Position numbers and translations under genes: made by a program. A stretch of 64,000 bases of DNA from Octopus bimaculoides. Taxonomy: Eukaryota. Where the stretch lies: contig NC_068988.1 of NCBI RefSeq assembly GCF_001194135.2, forward strand, positions 18,125,768 to 18,189,767. Direction: 5' to 3'. The notes beneath the pieces were generated by a model, which made no database searches, was not told the DNA's origin, and was given only the letters and a program-made list of their open reading frames with translations. This document shows positions 55,035-64,000 of this stretch, one piece after another (within the stretch, counting starts at the first letter, position 1; each line of letters starts with the position of its first letter).

Positions 55035-55168
55035 ATAATACAGAGGTGATGGTCATGATGTAAAAATGGGGGATAATACAGAGATGATGGTCATGATGTA
55101 AAAATGGGGGATAATACAGAGATGATGGTCATGATGTAAAAATGGGGGATAGTACAGAGATGATGATG
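55035..55168. repeat. 38-bp minisatellite, about 3.5 copies
   Basis: Unit ATAATACAGAGATGATGGTCATGATGTAAAAATGGGGG at 55035, 55073, 55111 and (partial) 55149. Confidence 0.92.
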
Positions 55169-56447
55169 ATGCCTTTAAAAAATAAGGTTGTGTTAAGCAG
55201 TCATGGGTCGACATGTATGTTACTTAGATAGTTCATATTAACAAAAGTCATTGTAGCTATAGAAAATAGAAAAAAAGCAGAGAAAAGTGATATCATATAT
55301 AAGAGTTAATGGTTCTTGAGCAAGTGTGGGGGCTCTTTTTAGCATCAGAAGCATCTTCCAGACACAAAAGTACCAGCTTGTGGAAGAGTGATACATATGT
55401 TCTGAAATAAGTGGGTCTTGAAACTTATATTAAATTTACAGATTATTGTTTTTGGTCTAAGGGCTTAAATTGGCCTTTATCATAGCTTTATCTGGGAATG
55501 GTTACAAATGTGCCCACAGACCAAATTTCATCGATGGAAAAGGGAATCCCTAACTTTCTTGTAAGTTCTTGGTATATGAATCTTTGCCATTTATGTGCTT
55601 GTGATTGTTTTGGATGTGGTCGGAGATGCTTGTATATATAAAGTTGCAGTGTTATTCTAAAATGGGTGTAGAACTGAAATGTAAATACAGTTTAGGCTTT
55701 GTAGGGGCTGGAATAACTTATAGTACTGAAGAAGTCTAATCTTTGAGATGGGGTTTTATTTGGTGTGTGTGTGTGTGCATGCATGTGTGTGAGTTTGCCA
55801 TGAAACCGTGATGCCTGGCATTTGTAAAGATTTCAGGATTTACTTATATGCCTTAAAAGGAGTGTAATATAAAATTGTTTCCTCTTTTTTTTGTTGGTCT
55901 TTTTTTTTTCTGCTCTTCTGCTTTGAGTTCAGTCCCCACTGGGGCCAACGAAATGAATTGATGTAATCAACTAAGCTCTTTCCCTATTTAAACCATGTGC
56001 CAATGTAAAAAATCCTTATCGTTAAAGAAGGCAGAAAAATGATGGCTTAAATACCTTGTAGTTTTTAGTTTCCTCTCTTCATACTCTAATTTTATATTTA
56101 AAATCCTGTCATGGCTGACTATCTTCTATCTATTGAGGAGTGATTAAGTACCAGTCATGTACTGGTGGAGTGAGGTCAATCTGATTAATTTAAAATTTGT
56201 GGCCTTGTATCAATGTAATAAATCATTACTATAACTAATTTATTAACAGAATCCTTATTGATATCAATGCTACATGCATTAAAAAAAAACTATAGAAAAA
56301 TGAATTTTATTTTATTCTTTATAAGTCATATGATCTACTTCCATCTACCAACCTTGTGATTGCTCCAGAAAGATCCTAAAAATGATTGGTATAAGCAAAT
56401 GTTGTTTTCATTACTATACACTTGTTCTCCTTGTCTTTTGTATGCAG

Positions 56448-56590
56448 TCCCAGTGGTTTGGCGAGCTCGGGCAACGGTGGGAATACCCGGACTATCCGAC
56501 GTCTCTCCTTCCGCCACCACAGTCGTTGTGTTGGCTATTCGTTCCCGCCTCTCATCTGTGACGTGACCTTTACTCCTGCTGTCGCACCCT
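56448..56590. promoter_or_regulatory. CpG-rich non-repeat island (promoter- or exon-like) about 1 kb upstream of the Shab exon
   Basis: 12 CpG in about 125 bp (56461-56585) in a CpG-poor background. Contains CRE-like TGACGTGA (56559-56566), GACGTC (56498-56503) and GC-box-like CCCGCC. Preceded by a pyrimidine tract + CAG (56445-56447). Confidence 0.4.
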
Positions 56591-57542
56591 GCTTTTGTAC
56601 CTGGCCTTCATCCTTGCTAAAACCTCAGTTTACCCTCCAACTATTGCACATTTAGTGTAGATTTTAGCAAATACCAAAACTCCTCACCCTCACTCTACCC
56701 TCCATTTTAGCTGCTACTTCTCTCCTAACTACAGGGAATATACTAGTTAAGATACACAAAATTACCTGGAGAAGTTTTTGAAGAAAATATTTTCAGCCTT
56801 ACTATATATCTACGATTTATATTTATATACAAATATATTAGTTACGGAAAATGGAATACTTCAATATCACTCATTACTATATCATAAAACATTTTATTGA
56901 TTTGTCATTTATAATTGATTGTTTATTTCTATGGCACCATTAAATTGTTATTTATACAACTATCATATCATCTTTTTAAGTTTTACTTGATATGATATAA
57001 TAATGTGTGATGTTGTTCAGTATTCAATATTTATTATGGTAGTACTGCTCTATTGCTGACATTACTCATACAATATCTTCAGTATTCTTAATGATGTGGC
57101 AATAAATACAAAAAACACAAATTTTGAATTCTAATCAAAGCTAAATGCTTGTTGAAAAGAGCCAACTTGGTAAGAGTTGTGAAGAAATAGTAAACATTTT
57201 AATCAAATTTATCAAAATGACATCATTTCATGCACCTTTCAAGTAAATTCTAGGAAAATTCTCAGTTTCAAATCTGAAACAAAGATGAAGAAGATCTTCA
57301 TAAAAGATTTCATTTTTTTACAACTGAAGCTTTCCGACTTGGTTAACACACATTATTTTAATAAGGACAATTTAAAGTTTTATAATTTAAGAAGGAATGA
57401 AATAAAAATGCTAAAATGAACTGCTAAATATCTTTGATGGAAAAACCAAAAAAAAAAGTATATCAATTAATTTAGGTAGAATTAAAAATAATAAATTAAC
57501 CTTAAAATATTTTTAAGTTTATGCCCTCCTGACCATTTTTTT

Positions 57543-57562
57543 CTAACCATGTTTTACCACAG
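57543..57562 (+). promoter_or_regulatory. Candidate branch point + 3' splice acceptor of the Shab exon
   Basis: ttttttt-CTAAC(57543-57547)-catgttttacca-CAG|CTCTGG. Composition switches abruptly from AT-rich to GC-rich coding sequence at 57563. Confidence 0.6.
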
Positions 57563-58637
57563 CTCTGGAGCCAGCTCAGATCGCCGGAGCGACCTCCCTT
57601 CAGCCACATCCTTGGCAGCATCTCGGAACGCCTCGCTCCGTCACCAACAACAGCAACACCCCACATCAATAGGAATTCGAAAAAGGGACCCCACATCATC
57701 GGCCAACACAGCGGCATCCGATCACCATCACCATTTTCCACATCACCACTCACATCATCATCATCACCACCAACATCCTCCACCATTATTGTCTTCAACT
57801 AGTACGACTGCAGGAGATCCAACCACAGCCACATCAGGATCATTCCGAGCTAAACAATCCGGTCGATCCGAAGTGAAAATAGCTGATCCTGTAGTGACGT
57901 GTGGTGTTAGTGGTTCTTTACAGCTAGCAGCGTCTCCAGCAGTCGTGCAACCTCCAGGTAGTATTATTCCTGCAGGCAACAATAACCTTCCTCTTCAAGG
58001 AGGTGGCAGAGGAGTTGGCAGTGGTGGTGTTGGAAGTGGTAGTGTGGTAGGTGTGGGAGTAGGAGACATGTCGTCAGCCCTGCAACGACCCTTCTATGCA
58101 ACATCCTCAATAGGAAGCCCTCCTGATCCGGCTTCAATTTTGAGGAGTAGGGAAGTTTCTAAACGTGTTATCCTAAATGTGGGTGGGGTAAAACATGAGG
58201 TATTGTGGCGCACTCTTGACCGTATGCCTCATACTCGGCTTGGTAAGCTGAGGGACTGTAATACACATGATGCAATTGTTGACCTTTGTGACGATTATAG
58301 CTTGGCCGAAAATGAATACTTTTTTGATCGACATCCTCGATCGTTTGCCTCCATCCTCAACTTTTACCGCACTGGAAAACTTCACTTGGTGGAGGAAATG
58401 TGTGTGCTGGCATTCAGTGAGGACCTGGAGTACTGGGGTGTAGACGAACTTTATTTAGAGTCATGTTGTCAGCATAAATATCATCAGAAAAAAGAACATG
58501 TGTTTGAGGAGATACGCAAAGAGGCTGAGAGTCTCCGAAAGGGAGAGGATGAAGATTTTGGTACCGGCTCGTTCGCAAAATGGCGACAGCGAGTTTGGGA
58601 CCTCCTTGAGAAGCCGACAACGTCCATGGCTGCGAGG
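57549..58637 (+). CDS. Shab: Shab/Kv2 voltage-gated potassium channel, N-terminal coding exon (low-complexity N-terminus + T1/BTB domain up to just before S1)
   Basis: The ORF encodes [29 protein letters not shown]...[24 protein letters not shown]...[13 protein letters not shown]...[14 protein letters not shown], the Kv2-type T1 domain. It includes the HX5CX20CC Zn motif (58383-58469) typical of non-Shaker Kv T1 domains. The frame ends at AGG|GTAAGT (phase 0, 58637/58638). The 5' boundary is uncertain: ATG 57549, splice acceptor 57562/57563, or internal ATG 58068. Confidence 0.95.
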
Positions 58638-58643
58638 GTAAGT
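58638..58643 (+). promoter_or_regulatory. 5' splice donor GTAAGT
   Basis: Perfect consensus GTAAGT after ...ATG GCT GCG AGG. Similarity to Kv2 ends here and AT-rich sequence follows. Confidence 0.92.
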
Positions 58644-59523
58644 CAGAAGGATTTTTCTTATTATATTATTTCAATATTTCTCTTGAATGCATTTGATTAT
58701 GTTAATACAGTTTGAAAAAGAACATGGAAAATTAAAATGTTATTTTTGTAATCTAAAAAGCAATTTGCATTTTTCCATTGCAGATTTTCATTGTTCTTCA
58801 AATTTTAATGTATAAAAACTGAATGATTAATATTTCTATGTATTGAAACAAATATATGAATGTACTTACCTGTATATAAATATATGGTTATATGTATTCT
58901 ATGTGTAATGTCTTTCACAAAATTATGCGTAAATACATATTACATACATACATATATATATATAAACATGTAAATTATAAATATCTTCACACATTTGAAA
59001 TATATATATTGTATGTGTGTATATATGTAAATGTGAATATATGTGTATGTATGTATATATGTATACTTATCATAAGTTACACATTACAGAATTAATCTTT
59101 CATATATAATAAATATACATATATACACAATTATAAAATGTATGAGGACTTAGTATTTTAAGACTGCTGCCAGTTTTAAACCATTAGTATTAAGTTTTTC
59201 CCACATCTTTCAGACTGATGGAGTACAAGTTCATCAAATCAAATCAAAACAAAATTTACTTGCCCTCAGAATCTCCTTGTAGTTGGCTACTTGGTCAAGG
59301 TGTAGTGTCCTACTTGGTCAAATAGTTTGTAGTAAACCTTGAAATAATGGCTTGAAACTGATAACGGACTTCTACCTGAGTCTTCAAAATATATTTAAAC
59401 ATATATAGCAATATATATATATACATACACATGTACACATCCATGCACATGCACGAATATATACATGAATACATAGATACATACATACATACACACATAT
59501 ATATATATATATATATGTATATG

Positions 59524-59570
<47 letters not shown>

Positions 59571-60410
59571 GTGTGTGTTTTCCTAAGCACATATAGACAC
59601 TATGAATTCATATAGTCTTTAAAAGATCTGTCATGAAATTAATGAGGTAATTTTTAAGATCTAATTGGATATTGACTTTTTTTTTATTATAATTTCTTTA
59701 AAATAGTTCTCTTTAGAGATATCTTACAATCTCCATTGTTCTTCAGCTCCAAGAAAATTCTTCAAAATTTTCTTCAGTCCATTCTCTGTATATAGGCCAT
59801 AGCTATTTTGATTTTTTAAAAAGATAATTTGAGACTTGTAGCTTTTCTTTTTTTCTTTTTCTTTTATTTGTTTTAGTCATTGGACGGCAGCTATGCCAAG
59901 GTACTGCCTTGAAGATTTTTAGTCAAAGAAATCAACCTCAGTATTTATATCTGGTACTTATTCTATCAGTCTCTTTTACTAAACCACAAAATTACAAGAA
60001 CCTAACCAAATCAACACTGGTTATCAAGCAGTGATGGTGGGATAGAAATACATACACAAACATGCACATGCGTGTGTCAGGTGAATTTATAGGGATAAAT
60101 TATCCAGGCAAGTACCATAATAGGTCCTGTGTATATTCCTGGTTTCAGCTAACCACAGCAAGTAATGATAAACATCAATTAACTTAGTTGACTCCAAAGC
60201 ACTGAATGAAGGTGTTCAGTTAGGTTGCATATACAGCTGCACGCACTGTGCGCAGCAGAAACATGTGTCAGTCATTTTAACCAACTAATTGTGGTGTATG
60301 ACTAACTGTCAAATTAAAAGTAAAATTTGGAGATGTACCAGTTTCTGTATTCTTTATAAATGTTTCACACACATATGTGTGAGTATGTGTGTGTGTGTGC
60401 ATGTGTGTGT

Positions 60411-60949
60411 TAAACAAAACAAGATAGCAAAGCCAAGGCAATTTGATATTCCTAGGACATTTATAAATAGAAAGGTGGCTTTACAGCTGTTTCATGGAAA
60501 TAAATGATATTCCATCATCAGAGATGAGTCAAAAGATCTTCACTATAAGGAATTAGAAGAGTACATTTTTTTAGAAGTTATTCTGGAGTGGGAGAGATGT
60601 ACAAGAAATTGGATATAATGCAGAAAGTATAAAAGAAAAAAATATGAAAATAAAATTACATGTCGGATGTTAAGGAACAGCAATTTTAACATATAACATG
60701 TATTTTTATTTTTCATATTTTCCTTTTATACTTTCTGCATTATATCTAATTTCTTGTATATCTCTCTTTCGCCAGAATAACTTCTTCTAAAAGCAGGAAC
60801 TCTACTAATTCTTTATATTGAAGCTCTTTTAACTCATCTCTGATGATGGGATATCGTTTATTTCTCTGAAACAGCTGTAAGGCTACCTTTCTATTTATAT
60901 ATGTCCTAGAAATATCAAATTGCCTCGGCCTTGTTATCTCATTTTATTT
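60411..60949. repeat. Foldback element with ~263-bp inverted arms and 12-nt loop
   Basis: 60411-60673 pairs with 60686-60949. Loop GGAACAGCAATT. Mismatches are mostly transitions. Confidence 0.9.
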
Positions 60950-61162
60950 AGCATATACACGCTCACACACGACCTGCCTTAGATTCCTCACTCATGCTAT
61001 TATTGAACCGAGAGCTTAACAGTGGTCCCTCCGTAGCACTTACATAGCTTTACTTGCCTTTTCGGTCTTCTGGATACCAAAACATCTCGTATTTATATTT
61101 ATGTACATACATACATATATATATATGCATATATATATATACGCATATATATATTTATACTA

Positions 61163-61532
61163 CAGCACTCCGTTGGTTACGATGTTGAGGGTTCCAGCTG
61201 ATCCAATCAATGGAACAGCTTGCTTGTGAAATTAACATGCAAGTGGCTGAGCACTCCCCAGACATGTGTACCCTTAACGTAGTTCTTGGAGAGATTCAGC
61301 ATGACATAGAGTGTGACAAGGCTGGACCTTTTAAATATGGGTACAACAGAAACAGGAAGAAAGGGTGACAGAAAGTTGTGATGAAAGAGTACAGCAGGGA
61401 GCCTCATGATGAGTACTGCTGGAGCCTCATGATGCTTTAAGTGTTTTCACTCAATAAACACTTACAACGCCCAGTCTGGGAATCCTACAACAGCGAGTCT
61501 GCTGCCATAACCACTGAGCCATTGTGCCTCCA
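61163..61532 (-). mobile_element. SINE family C, diverged, in the Shab intron
   Basis: Aligns with family C and has an internal GGAGCCTCATGATG duplication. Other copies: 9006-9220 (+, 3'-truncated) and about 12515-12830 (+, older variant). Confidence 0.8.
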
Positions 61533-62292
61533 CACTCACACACACACACACATACACACACACACATATATATATATATTGGACTTCCTCACAGTTTCTC
61601 CCTACCAAATTCAGTGCATTAGCACTGCAGTAGAGACCATATATGGTAAATATCTTTATTGCAGAAGTATTATAATACAAAACAGGCCAAACTCTAAAAT
61701 TGGCAGTTGTCTTTGACTGAATGAAACTTTTGTAATCTTTAGGTTTTAACACAAAAGGTTTCTCAGAGCCATTGAAAATTTTATGCAAAACATTTGATTC
61801 ATGGATTGGCCTTGTGTTGTGGAGACTTCCTGCTGGCTTATCAATCATGAATAATTGCTTTTTCTATCAAGAAGACTTTTAATCAACAAAACTTTGTCTT
61901 CATACTTGCTGTGCTTGAAGCATTAGGAATTTTTTCCCCCCTGGGCATACAAATTGATTTGTCTTTTTCTACAAAGTCTTTAAATATTTATGCTTCTATG
62001 TCAAGCAGTACATTGCTTTATATTCTTGCAATCAGTACTGACAACAACACTATCAAATATTTCTTAATTAAACAAGTAATTAAATAATAGTAGTGTGTAT
62101 TGTGATGTTGAAGAACAATCAAGTGATAAGTATCAAGCAATTAAAGGCATAATATGGTGATAATTCATTTAAATAGATGCCTTATTAATTTCATGAAAGA
62201 CCTTATCTATATGAATATAAATGCAAATACTAACATGCAGACATATTTGTGTGTACATTTCTACATTTCTATGTAAACGTGTGTGTTTGTGT

Positions 62293-62324
<32 letters not shown>

Positions 62325-63618
62325 NNNNNNNNNNATATATATACATACACACATACACTTTTAGACACACACACATATACATGCATACCTACACACATAA
62401 AATGTTTGAGTATATGTTATGTGTTACATATTGCTGTTTATAACCTAACACTGCATTGATGTCCTTTTTATTAGCACATTTTCATGGTACATAATTTCAG
62501 TGACAAGCTACTGAAATTAATGCATTGTTTTCTTTTGTTTTATGAGTATTTCCTAATTTTTCAGCTAGAAATTCATGTAGTCCATTTTAATAATTTACTA
62601 ATGCTAGAATAACTTTGTGTCATGTGATAAAAGTTACTTATTGTGTTATTGGATTGTTTCAAGCCATATAACTGTGACAGTTTCAAGATCTACTTGAGAG
62701 CTTTAAGGTTACTTAGAGGTTTTAATTTTTTAAAGTAAATGGTTGCAGTTGATATTTATTTCAGTTCTTATTCTGAAAGGTTCTTTAGAAGTTCTTTAAA
62801 ATGTATGATGTTCTTTATTACAGAGGTTTTAAAATGTGAAGTTATTACATAATTATTTTAAATTATCATATTAAGTTTTCACACTGTGCAATTGCATAAT
62901 ATTTACAATAGCGTTGATTATTTAAGTACAAGTAGTATGTTGTTTTTTTAACACCATTTAATAAAATTTAGTTAAAATTTTTTATAGTTTAAAGGATCTG
63001 TCATATCAGGTTTTGTTGAGGTGTTTGAATATTAAGGTCTTCTAGGTTCGTTACTTGTTGCTTTTGGTTATGTATTTATTCTAGCATTATTATTAAGCAT
63101 TATTTACAAATTAATACTTCCTCAGTCTCTTTTGAATAGCATTATTGACATTACAGTTGAGAATATTCGTACTAACTCATTGAATCAATACATTTGCTAT
63201 TGTTCAATGAAAAATCATAATGTTGATATGACATTCAATAGTATTAGTTGTCATAGATACTTGCAAAGTTTATCAAGTCATGCAATGTATTTCTCAGTCT
63301 TATTAAGTCACAGTTTAGAAAGTTTCTGATCAAAGATAGTTACCACTATTAATATCCTACACGCACATTGAAAATAGTTCCTGGTTTCACTGAGTTTCTG
63401 TTATGTCTCCTGATCTTACAGATTTATGTACCAGTTTATAATCTCAGCAACTGTCATAAGCAATCTCATCTTAGGAAGGCATTCTTGCACATTGTCTATT
63501 TCCTATTTAATGAATGATCCTATATTTAACCAATTTATTAAATAAATGGATCATTGATAGATGGATAGAGTATCAATTCCAATTTATTTCCTTTATGTTA
63601 TTAACTCAATCAAATAAA

Positions 63619-63940
63619 GCATGGCTCAGTGGTTAGAGCATTGAACTTACGATCGTGAGGTTGAGTTCAAATCCCGGACCAGGCTGTGTGTTGCGTTCTT
63701 GAGCAAGACACTATTTCCCATTGCTCCAGTTCACTCAGCTGTAGAAATGATTGCGATGTCACAGGTGCCAAGCTGCATCGGCCTTTGCCTTTCCCTTGGA
63801 TAATACTGGTGGTGTGGAAAGGGGAGGCTGGTATGCATGGGTGACTGCTGATCTTCCATAAACAACCTTGCCCGGACTTATGCCTGGCAGGGTAACTTTC
63901 TAGGTGCAATCCCAGGGTCAGTAATGACCGAAGGGGGTCT
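63619..63940 (+). mobile_element. SINE family E (tRNA-derived, CORE-like TTCTTGAGCAAGACAC)
   Basis: Box A TGGCTCAGTGG and box B GAGTTCAAATCC. Degenerate relatives at about 3220-3400 and 7390-7560. Confidence 0.75.
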
Positions 63941-64000
63941 CAGCAATGTTAAGATTGAGAGAAACATGCAATATGTTGATTACTTTAAGTTCAAAGACGC

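Noticed and set aside
55035-55168. CRISPR-like reading of the 38-bp repeat and the 19-bp arrays
   Set aside because: Units are contiguous with no unique spacers, and the context is eukaryotic.
57764-58620. Antisense ORFs overlapping the Shab exon
   Set aside because: Shadow frames of GC-rich coding sequence.
58638-58715. C-terminal 25 aa of the 388-aa ORF ([11 protein letters not shown]...)
   Set aside because: Read-through past a perfect GTAAGT donor into AT-rich intron; no Kv2 S1 similarity.

Overview
AT-rich, microsatellite-dense eukaryotic DNA from a gapped short-read assembly. The repeat families and (TA)n/(TG)n density suggest an octopus or other coleoid cephalopod (inference). The only supportable host coding sequence is a large + strand exon at about 57549/57563-58637. 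It encodes a low-complexity N-terminus and the T1 tetramerisation domain of a Shab/Kv2 voltage-gated K+ channel. The ~57 kb upstream and ~5 kb downstream are intronic or intergenic. They hold at least five SINE-like families (labelled A-E here), fossil DNA transposases (DD37D maT-type and Chapaev3-like), a degraded LINE RT, MITEs, foldback elements and assembly gaps. The most notable items are a tRNA-headed element carrying a degenerate Penelope-type minimal hammerhead ribozyme with an inverted 5' duplication (21255-21593), a CpG-rich non-repeat island 1 kb upstream of the Shab exon, and a ~263-bp-arm hairpin in the Shab intron. Also notable are four identical young (GAT)n-tailed insertions that appear to land in tail-like targets. 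All alignments were done by eye and family names come from recalled consensus motifs, not database searches.
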